Shown here: piece by piece, positions 7,487 through 18,692 of the stretch
Position numbering within the stretch: the first letter of the stretch is position 1
Layout: every line of letters starts with the position of its first letter
NCBI GenBank assembly: GCA_903915735.1
Contig: CAIWUA010000047.1
Coordinates: forward strand, 1 to 33,127
Reading direction: 5' to 3'
Length of the DNA: 33,127 nucleotides
From: Candidatus Adlerbacteria bacterium
GTDB lineage: Bacteria > Patescibacteriota > Minisyncoccia > Phycocordibacterales > SBAW01
The notes under the pieces: generated by a model
Database searches by the model: none
What the model was told of the DNA's origin: nothing
Seen by the model: only the letters and a program-made list of their open reading frames with translations
Position numbers and translations under genes: made by a program

Positions 7487-7990
7487 ATGGCCTATGCATC
7501 GGTTTCGTTCGGCACTACCCGCCTCGTGTTCCTGGTTGGTCCGGTCGCCATTAAGGTGGCCCGTGTCCGATTAGTAAGCCCATTGTGGCGTGCGTACCGC
7601 CTGTTGCGCGAAGGGCGCTTGGCTCAAACTTGCGAGTTGCATCGGGAGGAGCACGGGCATCCGCTGTATGCAGCTCTCATGATATTTATCCTGGGTGGTA
7701 TCAGGGCAAATCTCAATGAGCGAAAAGTGTACAAGGCCTTTCCGCGAGCGGCCTTTGCTCCTACGTACTTTTCGTTCCTCGGCCTGGTCAACGTACAGGC
7801 ACGAGGCGAGCCCATCGAGCCGCAAGAACTCCCGGCAAGTATGCTTGGGATCAATGGCGTAATGATGGATTACTACGATCTCAAGTACTTCAACATGTGC
7901 AAGATCGGCGGCACCCTTTGCCTGATCGATTACGGCGGCGACCGCCTGCAAAGGCACCTGTTTTCGCAGCCAAGTCTTGCATTTGCTTAA
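7487..7990 (+). CDS. Minimal protein-kinase-like fold protein
   Basis: GTTRLVF, VAIK, NLNE, DLKYFN and IDYG in kinase order; SD GGGAGG upstream. Confidence 0.7.
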   Translation: MAYASVSFGTTRLVFLVGPVAIKVARVRLVSPLWRAYRLLREGRLAQTCELHREEHGHPLYAALMIFILGGIRANLNERKVYKAFPRAAFAPTYFSFLGLVNVQARGEPIEPQELPASMLGINGVMMDYYDLKYFNMCKIGGTLCLIDYGGDRLQRHLFSQPSLAFA

Positions 7991-7995
7991 GCGTC

Positions 7996-8028
7996 ACTCC
8001 TCCAAAATCCGGAGGAGTTTTTCTTTTT
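7996..8028 (+). terminator. Intrinsic terminator
   Basis: ACTCCTCC-aaaatcc-GGAGGAGT followed by a T-tract. Confidence 0.85.
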
Positions 8029-8053
8029 AGTTTGTGTTAAAATGGCCCTAAGT

Positions 8054-8803
8054 ATGGACAAGGGTCTGCATATATCGCTCGCGGCCGAGCGGGTGGGTAC
8101 CTTTTTGGGTTTGCCTATCACTAACACACTTATCACCATGTGGGTGGTCATGGCCGTGCTTATAGTCGTTGCTTTTTTGGTGCGCCGGAGTCTCAACGTG
8201 GTGCCCGGCAAGCTGCAAAACGCCTTCGAGATGCTTATCGAGTACGTACTTGGGATGATGGAGCAGACCTTTGGCAGCCGCGCTACTGCCATACGCTACT
8301 TTCCCCTCATTGCGACTATTTTTGTCTTTATTTTGGCGTCGAACCTCTTTGATTTTATCCCCATCTTTGGCTCCATCGGCTTTCATCGCGGCAGTGAGTT
8401 TGTACCGCTCTTCCACCCCGTTAACGCCGACCTCAACACCACGCTTGCGCTCGCTATCATATCGTTTTTTGTTATCGAGTTCTCCGGCATACTCACCCTA
8501 GGTGTGTTGAAGTACGGCTCAAAATTTGTTAATGTCAGACAAGGCGCGATGATGTTTGTCGTAGGGCTCCTTGAGCTCATCGGGAACCTTGCGCGTCTCA
8601 TCTCGTTCTCCTTTAGGCTCTTTGGGGCCATTTTTGCGGGCGAGGTGCTGCTGATGGTTATCGGCACGTTTGTGCCGTACTTTTTGCCGGTGCCGCTCAT
8701 GGCCTTTGAGGCTTTTATCGGCCTCCTGCAAGCGGGCATCTTTGCGATTCTGACTATGGCGTTCATCAAGATCGCGATAGAAGAGCCGCACGTAGCGCAT
8801 TAA
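8054..8803 (+). CDS. atpB: F0F1 ATP synthase subunit a
   Basis: PGKLQNAFE, ADLNTTLALA and ISFSFRLFGAIFAGE (essential Arg), LQAGIF. Start at 8054 preferred because ATG 8042 overlaps a TGnTAAAAT -10 box. Confidence 0.95.
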   Translation: MDKGLHISLAAERVGTFLGLPITNTLITMWVVMAVLIVVAFLVRRSLNVVPGKLQNAFEMLIEYVLGMMEQTFGSRATAIRYFPLIATIFVFILASNLFDFIPIFGSIGFHRGSEFVPLFHPVNADLNTTLALAIISFFVIEFSGILTLGVLKYGSKFVNVRQGAMMFVVGLLELIGNLARLISFSFRLFGAIFAGEVLLMVIGTFVPYFLPVPLMAFEAFIGLLQAGIFAILTMAFIKIAIEEPHVAH

Positions 8804-8829
8804 TTAATTATTAAATTAGTAAGTAGTAA

Positions 8830-9063
<234 letters not shown>

Positions 9064-9066
9064 CTC

Positions 9067-9507
9067 ATGTCGGCGGTTCTCTCTACATTTGGCATAGACT
9101 GGCGGTTGCTGCTTATTAATGCGGTCAACTTTGGAGTGCTTATGCTCGCGCTGTGGTACTTTCTCTACGGGCCTATCACCACAATGCTCGAGGAGCGCCG
9201 CCAAAAGGTAGTCAAGGGAGTTGAGGACGCACAAGCCGCCGCCGTTAAGCTTGCCGAAATAGAGGGTTCGCGCAAAGAGGTGTTGGCCCACGCCGGCAAA
9301 GAGGCCGACGCTATTGTGGCCGAGGCTCGTGCCGCTGCGTTGCAAAAAGAGCACGACATACTTGCCGCCGGCGAAGCGAGAGCCGGGCAGGCGCTTAAAG
9401 AGGCTGCCGCACAAGCGCTTGAGCTTAAAACACAAGCTATAGAGGAGAGCAAACAAGAAGTCGCCAAACTCATCGTCTTGGGGATGCAAAAGGCGATGAA
9501 CAAATAA
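9067..9507 (+). CDS. atpF: F0F1 ATP synthase subunit b
   Basis: N-terminal TM (NF..L...L..FLYGPI...LEERR), Ala-rich coiled coil, operon position. Confidence 0.93.
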   Translation: MSAVLSTFGIDWRLLLINAVNFGVLMLALWYFLYGPITTMLEERRQKVVKGVEDAQAAAVKLAEIEGSRKEVLAHAGKEADAIVAEARAAALQKEHDILAAGEARAGQALKEAAAQALELKTQAIEESKQEVAKLIVLGMQKAMNK

Positions 9508-9509
9508 CT

Positions 9510-9749
9510 ATGCTTGCTACCGACTACGCCAAAGCGCTATACCAGTTGGGCGAAAAGCAAAATTATTTGCCCGGCCTGCGCGAGGCGCTTAAGCGTCGCG
9601 GGCACGAAAAGTTATTGCCGCAGATTTTTGCAGAGTACAAAAAGTTGGTCTTGGGCGCCGAGCGGTTAGCCGAGCATAAAAAAGTAACTCCCGAAAAAGA
9701 ACAAACGCGCATATTGCTAGAGTTGTACAAAAAATTGATACATGGCTAA
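9510..9749 (+). CDS. atpH: Truncated ATP synthase delta-like subunit (79 aa)
   Basis: Lies between atpF and atpA; N-terminal YAKALY and LLPQI resemble the delta N-terminal domain. Confidence 0.65.
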   Translation: MLATDYAKALYQLGEKQNYLPGLREALKRRGHEKLLPQIFAEYKKLVLGAERLAEHKKVTPEKEQTRILLELYKKLIHG

Positions 9750-11304
9750 CTTCATCGAACAATTTAAAAAAGAGATAGAGGGCTTTACGCCGACGACGCG
9801 CCCCGCTAACAGCGGCGTGGTGTTGCGTGTGGGCGACGGTGTCGCCGAGATAGAGGGCCTGCGCGGCGCGGTAATGTCAGAGATGGTGCGTTTTGACACG
9901 GCACACGGCAAAAAGCTTGAGGGCGCCATAGGCACGAGCGAGATTTACGGCGTGGTCCTTAACCTCGAAGAGGAGTCGGTACGCGCGATTATTTTGGGCG
10001 ACACCAGCGCGGTTGCCGAGGGTATGGAGGTGATCCCGACCGGGCAGGTGCTGAGCATCCCGGTGGGGGATGCGCTCTTGGGTCGCGTGGTAAGCCCGCT
10101 CGGCGAGCCGCTGGATGCGCTTGGGCCGATTGCATCAGTAAAACGAAACCCCATCGAGCGCGAGGCCTACGGCGTGATGAGCCGCCAGTCGGTTAACCAG
10201 CCGCTGCACACCGGCATCAAGGCTATCGACTCGATGATCCCGATAGGCCGCGGCCAGCGCGAGCTTATCATTGGCGACCGCTACACCGGCAAGACCACCG
10301 TCGCTATCGACACCATCCTTAACCAAAAAGCCGAACCTAAAGAGTCGCGCCCGATTTGTATCTACGTATCGATCGGCCAAAAAGAAAGTAAGACCGCACG
10401 CCTGGTCGCGCAGCTTAAAGAGGCGGGTGCGATGGAGTACACCATTGTGGTTGATGCCGGTTCGTCGGCGCCGGCCGCGATGCAGTACCTGGCGCCGTTT
10501 GCCGGTGCGGCTATCGGCGAGTACTTTATGGACTCTGGTCGCGACGCGCTCATTATTTATGACGACCTGTCCAAACACGCGGTCGCGTACCGCCAGTTGT
10601 CATTGTTGCTCCGCCGTCCGCCGGGCCGCGAGGCATACCCGGGCGACGTCTTTTACTTGCACTCGCGTTTGCTCGAGCGTGCGGCCAAACTCAACAAAGA
10701 GTACGGCGGCGGCTCGTTGACCGCACTGCCGATTATCGAGACCCAAGAGGGCGACGTGTCGGGCTATATCCCGACCAACGTTATTTCGATTACCGACGGG
10801 CAAATCTTCCTCGAGACCGACCTCTTTAACAAAGGTATGCGCCCCGCGATTAACGCCGGCATTTCGGTATCGCGCGTCGGTTCGTCGGCACAAACCAAGG
10901 CGATGAAAAAGGTGTCCGGTCGCATCAAGCTCGAGTTGGCCCAGTTTAGAGAGCTCGAGGCGTTTATGCAGTTTGCCCAAGACCTCGATCCCGAGACTAA
11001 AAAGCGCATCGACAGCGGCCAGCGCATGATGGCGATTTTGCGCCAAAAAAACGGCCAGCCGATGGCGTTTGAGCGCCAAGCGGTGATTATCTATGCGGCA
11101 GTCAACGGCTACTTGTCGAAGGTATCCGTCGATCGCGTCCCCGAGTACGAAGAAAAGTTGATGACCTATCTCGATACGCACGCACCAGAGGTGCTTGCGA
11201 GCATTGAAAAGGCGCGCGAGATGGCAACCCAAACCGAAGAAGAGTTAAAGGTGCAGTTGGCTAAGTTTGCCGAGACACACCCCGACCTCGTGGCAAACAA
11301 CTAA
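9742..11304 (+). CDS. atpA: F1 ATP synthase subunit alpha
   Basis: [41 protein letters not shown] and [11 protein letters not shown]. Confidence 0.98.
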   Translation: MANFIEQFKKEIEGFTPTTRPANSGVVLRVGDGVAEIEGLRGAVMSEMVRFDTAHGKKLEGAIGTSEIYGVVLNLEEESVRAIILGDTSAVAEGMEVIPTGQVLSIPVGDALLGRVVSPLGEPLDALGPIASVKRNPIEREAYGVMSRQSVNQPLHTGIKAIDSMIPIGRGQRELIIGDRYTGKTTVAIDTILNQKAEPKESRPICIYVSIGQKESKTARLVAQLKEAGAMEYTIVVDAGSSAPAAMQYLAPFAGAAIGEYFMDSGRDALIIYDDLSKHAVAYRQLSLLLRRPPGREAYPGDVFYLHSRLLERAAKLNKEYGGGSLTALPIIETQEGDVSGYIPTNVISITDGQIFLETDLFNKGMRPAINAGISVSRVGSSAQTKAMKKVSGRIKLELAQFRELEAFMQFAQDLDPETKKRIDSGQRMMAILRQKNGQPMAFERQAVIIYAAVNGYLSKVSVDRVPEYEEKLMTYLDTHAPEVLASIEKAREMATQTEEELKVQLAKFAETHPDLVANN

Positions 11305-11305
11305 T

Positions 11306-13617
<2,312 letters not shown>

Positions 13618-13619
13618 CT

Positions 13620-13856
13620 ATGCACATAGTGATTGCACAAGTAGACGAAGTGCTCTTTGAGGGCGAGGCACACAGTATGACCGTGCCCGGCGCGGAGGGC
13701 GAGATGACGCTGCTCGGCGAGCACATGCCGCTTATCTCGACGCTTAAAGAGGGCGACATCCGCGTGCACGTGTCCAAAGATACCGAGCCAAAAATATTCC
13801 ACGTCCAAGGCGGCATCCTAGAGGTCCGCGCCGATGGTGCAACGGTTATTCTCTAA
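13620..13856 (+). CDS. atpC: F1 ATP synthase epsilon subunit, beta-sandwich domain only
   Basis: PGAEGEM..L..H.P...L..G and GG.LEV motifs; ends at 78 aa. Confidence 0.9.
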   Translation: MHIVIAQVDEVLFEGEAHSMTVPGAEGEMTLLGEHMPLISTLKEGDIRVHVSKDTEPKIFHVQGGILEVRADGATVIL

Positions 13857-13890
13857 ATTTAGGTTTTGTTGTACTATCGTTATTGAGTAA

Positions 13891-13963
13891 GGGCCCGTAG
13901 CTCACTTGGTAGAGCGCTTCCATGGCATGGAAGAGGTAACCGGTTCGATCCCGGTCGGGTCCA
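13891..13963 (+). tRNA. tRNA-Ala(GGC)
   Basis: GGGCCCG/CGGGTCC-A; anticodon arm CTTCC ATGGCAT GGAAG; GGTTCGATCCC. Confidence 0.97.
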
Positions 13964-14059
13964 CAAAATCAGCGCCCGTGCTTTTTCTTTACATTCGGTG
14001 CGTTTTTTGCGATAGTGCGCTTAGACGCTCACCATAGTTCGAATCAAGGAGGAGGCCGC

Positions 14060-14887
14060 ATGAACGGCATTTTGCACGTTGCTATCAAACAGGCACTCTC
14101 GGCACAAAAGCCGCGGGGTCATGTCGATATCGACTATCGCTGGTCGGTCATCAAAGCTGCACTTCGCTCCAACCCTGTGGCGCAAGCCGTGTCCGACTCG
14201 ATCGATCTTAAGACGATCGAAAAGATGCTGCCGGTCTTGTTTGAATTTACGCCTCATATCAAGACTGTCGGCGTGTGCACGGTCGAGTTTGAGTCTCAAA
14301 CGATCAGGAGCAGCGTAAACGAGGCTTGGCTGCTCGACCTTGACCCGTCGACCGATCGTCTGACGTTGCGGGTATGTCTGCATCCCAACGTTATCGCTGT
14401 CGTGCGGTTGCAACTCGGGCCGCGTAACTCGCTTGCACGCTCGAGCCAAGAGCTATGCTCGGCTATGGCGACTATTCGCGGCGCCTTCCCGCCTACGGCG
14501 GTGGCCGACTCGCACACCGAGGTACAAAAGACGCGGCTAGAGGAGAAGGTCCGCCTAGTTGAGGGGCTTTTCGAGCGTTGTCCTAAGGCGACGCTCGAAG
14601 AAAAGATGCTCATGGTCACGTATGTCATGCGCAAGACCGCTCTTCGAAAAAAGACCAAGTTTATGGTCCCGATGAGCTCGTACGTAGATGTGTTTAGGCT
14701 CATCTGCGTCAAAGACCGCCCTTCGCTTAAGGATCTGGATAAGACCCTCGAGATCCTCGAGAGAAACCAAGAGGCCGAGCCCAGGCACCAGTTTGGCGGC
14801 CGAGAGAATAATATCTCGGTACACGTTCTCGAGAAGGGATGGCGCCGCCTCGGCAAACTTTTGTCCGAGAATATTAAGTACGAGTAA
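14060..14887 (+). CDS. Hypothetical protein with possible C-terminal winged-helix
   Basis: Strong SD AAGGAGGAGG before ATG 14060 (275 aa); own terminator; C-terminal ...LEILER...GGRENNISVHVLEKG resembles a MarR-type wing. Confidence 0.75.
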   Translation: MNGILHVAIKQALSAQKPRGHVDIDYRWSVIKAALRSNPVAQAVSDSIDLKTIEKMLPVLFEFTPHIKTVGVCTVEFESQTIRSSVNEAWLLDLDPSTDRLTLRVCLHPNVIAVVRLQLGPRNSLARSSQELCSAMATIRGAFPPTAVADSHTEVQKTRLEEKVRLVEGLFERCPKATLEEKMLMVTYVMRKTALRKKTKFMVPMSSYVDVFRLICVKDRPSLKDLDKTLEILERNQEAEPRHQFGGRENNISVHVLEKGWRRLGKLLSENIKYE

Positions 14888-14888
14888 C

Positions 14889-14915
14889 CCGCACCGACAA
14901 GGTGCGGTTTTTTTT
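14889..14915 (+). terminator. Intrinsic terminator
   Basis: CCGCACC-gacaa-GGTGCGG followed by T8. Confidence 0.85.
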
Positions 14916-14931
14916 CTGTTATTATTAGCGC

Positions 14932-15888
14932 ATGGTCGAGGTCTTTGCGCTGGTTATCTATAGTGTGCAGTGGCTTGGCGTCGTACTCGGCGTCGGGGCC
15001 GAGGTCGTGCTCTTGGTGGCACATCTTATAGCGCTGCACCATCGCCAGCCGCAGTGGATAGAGAGCGTGCCCGCGGTGCGCGCGGCGCAGTTTATAGGCT
15101 TGTTGCTTATTGTCGCCTCGGGCGTGGCGGCGGTCGTGTATCAATTTTTAATAGGGGACACGGCGCCTTTGTTTATGGCCGTGTTTGGGTTTAAGTGGGC
15201 GCTTATTATCGCGCTTAGCGTGGCCTATATGCTCGAAAAGAATTTGCTTCGCGGCCACGCGGTGCTCGAGGGCTTTACCGGCGCCACCTGGCTCGCACTC
15301 TTTTTGGTGCATAGCGTTGCGCCCATATCGCCGTGGCTCGACCTTATACTTTTTTATACGGCGTGGATAATTGCCTTCGGCGTTGTGTGGGGCTCGTTTG
15401 TACTGTTGATGAAATATACGGGAAAAGGTTCGATCACAGCTCCGGCGGCGAAACTTCCTGATCAAAAGGTCCCTGGGTTTACTCGTCCTGCGGAAAAGCC
15501 GCAGGCGAGGCCAGACCATTTTGCTCAGAAAGTTTCGCCGCCTCCGCCCCCACCTGTTCCTAAACCTGTGCCCCCACCACCACCGCCTACTCCAATAGTC
15601 GTTTCTGCGCCGCCACCGCCTCCTCCTGCACCTAAACCTACACCTCCACCCGTGCCCTCCATAGCTTTAGCGAAGGAGGGACCGGCACCAGTGCTGGCAT
15701 CTAAGCCTATTAACTTGCCTGTTATAGAGCCGCTCGAGCTTGCCGCGCCGCGTGTTACCCAGGCTGCCAAACCTGCGGTTGCGCGCTACGCGCCCGACTA
15801 TGACCACATGCCTGGGCTTAGGGTGATGCCGCAGCGCGTCGAGGACCTGCATCTGCAAAATCGCGGCCCTGTGGTGCAGGCCGCATAA
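14932..15888 (+). CDS. Membrane protein (~5 TM) with proline-rich C-terminal tail
   Basis: Hydrophobic N-terminal half; poly-Pro runs at about 15535-15660. Confidence 0.8.
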   Translation: MVEVFALVIYSVQWLGVVLGVGAEVVLLVAHLIALHHRQPQWIESVPAVRAAQFIGLLLIVASGVAAVVYQFLIGDTAPLFMAVFGFKWALIIALSVAYMLEKNLLRGHAVLEGFTGATWLALFLVHSVAPISPWLDLILFYTAWIIAFGVVWGSFVLLMKYTGKGSITAPAAKLPDQKVPGFTRPAEKPQARPDHFAQKVSPPPPPPVPKPVPPPPPPTPIVVSAPPPPPPAPKPTPPPVPSIALAKEGPAPVLASKPINLPVIEPLELAAPRVTQAAKPAVARYAPDYDHMPGLRVMPQRVEDLHLQNRGPVVQAA

Positions 15889-15896
15889 TATACACT

Positions 15897-16511
15897 ATGC
15901 AATTCTTTGCTGATCACAAAAAGAAAAAGATAGTCATACTGCTCGGCCACCCCGACACCGCCCCCACGCATACCAGCAACTTGGCGATGCTTTACGAGTC
16001 GGCCGCCCGTAAAGCAGGGCATGAGGTGCGGCGCTTTAATATAGGTGAGATGAAGTTTGACCCGATACTCCATCACGGCTACCGCCAAATCCAAACGTGC
16101 GAGCCCGACCTGGTGGCGTTTCAAGAGGCGATTAAATGGTGCGACCATTTTGTGTTGCTGTACCCCAACTGGTGGTGCACCATGCCTGCGTTGCTTAAGG
16201 GTTTGTTTGACCGCGCGTGGATACCGGGGGTCGCCTTTAGGATGCGCAAAGATTGGGTGGGGCAGCACATTGGTGGCTGGTACCGGCTGCAAAAGGGCAA
16301 GACCGCGCGGGTTATTGTATTGTCGGGCACGCATCCGTTTTTAATCTGGATGCTGTTTGGCGACTACACCAACGAGATCAAGCGGGGGATACTGTGGTTT
16401 GCCGGATTTAAAGTCAGGTTGTCGCTCTTTGGCCCGTCCGAAAAAGCCCCGGAGTGGAAGCAAAACGAGTGGCGCAAAAAAGTTATTAGGTTGGGAACGT
16501 TGGGGGAATAA
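15897..16511 (+). CDS. Flavodoxin-like fold NAD(P)H dehydrogenase (quinone) family protein
   Basis: LLGHP, FDPIL, EPDL...[23 protein letters not shown] and L.KGKTAR motifs (Flavodoxin_2 family). Confidence 0.88.
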   Translation: MQFFADHKKKKIVILLGHPDTAPTHTSNLAMLYESAARKAGHEVRRFNIGEMKFDPILHHGYRQIQTCEPDLVAFQEAIKWCDHFVLLYPNWWCTMPALLKGLFDRAWIPGVAFRMRKDWVGQHIGGWYRLQKGKTARVIVLSGTHPFLIWMLFGDYTNEIKRGILWFAGFKVRLSLFGPSEKAPEWKQNEWRKKVIRLGTLGE

Positions 16512-16536
16512 AAAAACACCACTCAAACGAGTGGTG
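16510..16536 (-). terminator. Intrinsic terminator between convergent genes
   Basis: A-tract followed by CACCACTC-aaac-GAGTGGTG. Confidence 0.7.
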
Positions 16537-16546
16537 GTCTTGACCA

Positions 16547-16720
16547 TTAGTGCTTGAAGAGCAGCACAACGACAACGATAAAAAGTGCAACCCAGCCCCA
16601 CGTGTGCCAGTCGAGCGAGAAGGTGCGAGCAGGCGCTTGCCTTGAAGCTGACTCAATTTCATAGGGCATTACGCAAGGTTCATCACTCCGACGGAACGGC
16701 CTTCTGTTGTAGCCGAGCAT
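16547..16720 (-). CDS. Small tail-anchored membrane protein (57 aa)
   Basis: SD GGGAGG 5 nt before ATG 16720; MLGYNRRPFRR...WGWVALFIVVVVLLFKH; terminator directly downstream. Confidence 0.6.
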   Translation of the reverse strand: MLGYNRRPFRRSDEPCVMPYEIESASRQAPARTFSLDWHTWGWVALFIVVVVLLFKH

Positions 16721-16770
16721 TTTTTCCTCCCGTTGCGAAAACCAGTCTGAACTGATATTGTAATTTTTAT

Positions 16771-17721
16771 ATGAGTTTGTCAATCGGGATAGTCGGGCTG
16801 CCCAACGTGGGCAAGTCAACGCTTTTTAACGCGCTCACTAAAAAGAGCGTGCTGGTGGCCAACTACCCGTTTGCCACCATCGATCCGTCGGTGGGCGTCG
16901 TGGCCGTGCCCGACGAGCGGCGCGAGCAATTGGCGAAGTTTAGCCAATCTGAAAAGGATGTACCGGCGGCGGTCGAGTTTGTCGACATCGCAGGGTTGGT
17001 TAAGGGCGCGGCCGACGGCGAGGGCTTGGGCAACCAATTTTTGTCGCATATCCGCGAGGTGGACGCTATTGCCCACGTGGTGCGGATTTTTGAAAATCCC
17101 AACATCACCAACACCCAAGAGCACCTCGACCCCGTGTCGGACATCGAGCTTATCAACACCGAGCTCGAGCTCTTTGACGTCGAGTCCAAAGACAAAACGC
17201 GCCTGCTCGGCAAAAAGCCGGTGCTCTATGTGCTCAACAAAGAGGCGGGCGGCCACAACCTCGATGAGACGCCGAGCGACCCGCGCTGGGTGCACCTGAT
17301 GGATTATTTTCAGAAGACCGGCGCGCAATATGTGATAGTAGACGCGGGTGTTGAGTCTGAATTAAAAGATTTGCACACCGACGACAAGCAGCAGTTTAGG
17401 CAAGAGTACGGCGTGTTTGACGACGGTATCAACGGGCTTATCCGCGGCGGGTACGAGCTGCTTGGGCTTATCTCATTTTTTACCACCGGCAAAGACGAGA
17501 CCCGTGCGTGGACTATTAAACGCGGCTCAACAGCCCCGGTTGCGGGGGCGGCGATCCATACCGACTTTAAAGACAAATTTATCCGCGCTGAAGTAATAAA
17601 CTGGCAAACTCTAATAGAAGCCGGCAGCCGTGCAAAAGCTCGCGACTTGGGACAACTCCGCACCGAGGGCAAAGAGTATGTGGTCAAAGATGGCGACGTC
17701 ATAGAATTTTTGCACGGGTAG
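16771..17721 (+). CDS. ychF: Obg-family ATPase YchF (shortened)
   Basis: GIVGLPNVGKSTLFNALT, NYPFATI, DIAGLVKGA..GEGLGNQFL, and TGS domain (AG.IHTDF, RTEGKEYVVKDGD). Confidence 0.95.
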   Translation: MSLSIGIVGLPNVGKSTLFNALTKKSVLVANYPFATIDPSVGVVAVPDERREQLAKFSQSEKDVPAAVEFVDIAGLVKGAADGEGLGNQFLSHIREVDAIAHVVRIFENPNITNTQEHLDPVSDIELINTELELFDVESKDKTRLLGKKPVLYVLNKEAGGHNLDETPSDPRWVHLMDYFQKTGAQYVIVDAGVESELKDLHTDDKQQFRQEYGVFDDGINGLIRGGYELLGLISFFTTGKDETRAWTIKRGSTAPVAGAAIHTDFKDKFIRAEVINWQTLIEAGSRAKARDLGQLRTEGKEYVVKDGDVIEFLHG

Positions 17722-17739
17722 AGACAGGTGTCGTATAGT
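17710..17739 (+). promoter_or_regulatory. Putative sigma70 promoter for the ncRNA candidate
   Basis: TTGCAC (17710-17715), 18-bp spacer, TATAGT (17734-17739). Confidence 0.5.
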
Positions 17740-17744
17740 AGTAT

Positions 17745-17857
17745 TGCTCGCTCTTTCGAGGTCATCCGGTAATGGGCACGGCTCGCAAGGCCTCCTTAGG
17801 ATGCAGGCGACTGATTCCTAATTTAGGGACGGCAGGTTGCGCCACGGAGAGTGGGCA
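17745..17857 (+). ncRNA. Candidate structured small RNA (three-way junction), family not recognised
   Basis: 5' TGCTCGCTCTTT pairs with 3' GGAGAGTGGGCA; internal arms CATCC/GGATG and GCGACTG/CAGGTTGC capped by TTCCTA/TAGGGA; bounded by a promoter and a terminator. Confidence 0.5.
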
Positions 17858-17864
17858 CTTATTT

Positions 17865-17894
17865 CTCTCAGTCTTTAATGGCTGAGAGTTTTTT
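17865..17894 (+). terminator. Intrinsic terminator
   Basis: CTCTCAGTC-tttaat-GGCTGAGAG followed by T6. Confidence 0.8.
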
Positions 17895-17950
17895 ATAAAA
17901 ACCACTCCTGTGGTATAGTCCTCGCCAGATAGAACAGAAAGGACCTTTGC

Positions 17951-18631
17951 ATGTTCAAGCATCCTCTGGAGAATCCGTCTCTGGCGCCATACGGGCTCAC
18001 TACGCCGTTGTCCTACCAACGCTTGCAGTACAAGCCAACAACAAACCCGTACTGGGTTAATCAAGAAAAACTGCTGGCCGAAATGTGGGACAAGTGCAAC
18101 CGCGCCGACGCACCGCGCCCGTTGCCAGTGCAGACTATCATCCACGAAATCCTGCCGGGACAAAAGCGGCGCAACCATCTTGCCCAAGGAAACTTCGTTT
18201 TTGAAGGCAAGCCGTATCTGACCCGCGACCTCATGATGCTCTCGAGTATTGTACAGTGGCTTGGCAGCAACGTCGGCAACTGTTTTCTTATACGCGACAT
18301 ATCACAGAAACTTGGCTACAGTCTTGAGCGAGAGTTCTTGACGAAGTATGCCGAGGACTCCAAGATTCACGACATGGTGACGTTTTGGTGCCACATCTGC
18401 ACTCCAAAGTGCAAAGAGCCCACATACTTCAGCCTTATCGGCGAAAGTAATCATCGCTACAACCCGCGGACTGTGACCGATCGGGATGTGGCAGTGGTGG
18501 ATGGGCTATTGCGCTGGTTGGGTCGCCCTGCCGGGCGTGGGTTCCTCTCTCGCTACGAGGCCCGCAGAAAACGTGCCTGGAATATGGTTGATGCTCAAAG
18601 GCAAAAAGCGCGGCACACCAACGCTGCGTAA
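17951..18631 (+). CDS. Hypothetical protein with an internally duplicated RD...WLG...G..FL motif
   Basis: 226-aa ORF; TGgTATAGT -10 at about 17911-17919; AAAGGA SD; own terminator. Confidence 0.8.
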   Translation: MFKHPLENPSLAPYGLTTPLSYQRLQYKPTTNPYWVNQEKLLAEMWDKCNRADAPRPLPVQTIIHEILPGQKRRNHLAQGNFVFEGKPYLTRDLMMLSSIVQWLGSNVGNCFLIRDISQKLGYSLEREFLTKYAEDSKIHDMVTFWCHICTPKCKEPTYFSLIGESNHRYNPRTVTDRDVAVVDGLLRWLGRPAGRGFLSRYEARRKRAWNMVDAQRQKARHTNAA

Positions 18632-18640
18632 CCAAAAAAT

Positions 18641-18670
18641 AAGACCTGCCCAATTTGGCAGGTCTTTTTC
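18641..18670 (+). terminator. Intrinsic terminator
   Basis: AAGACCTGCC-caattt-GGCAGGTCTT followed by T's. Confidence 0.85.
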
Positions 18671-18692
18671 TATAAATGATATACTAGGGGAC

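Noticed and set aside
4246-7990. tRNA-anchored genomic island carrying cydAB
   Set aside because: No integrase and no duplicated tRNA 3' end were found in the window.
17137-17146. Half-site TCGGACATCG in ychF
   Set aside because: There is no second arm, and it encodes the conserved-type SDIE in a different frame.
18486-18692. N-terminal extension of the DUF5671-like ORF as given in the ORF track
   Set aside because: It overlaps the previous gene and crosses a terminator; ATG 18693 after TGaTATACT is the better start.
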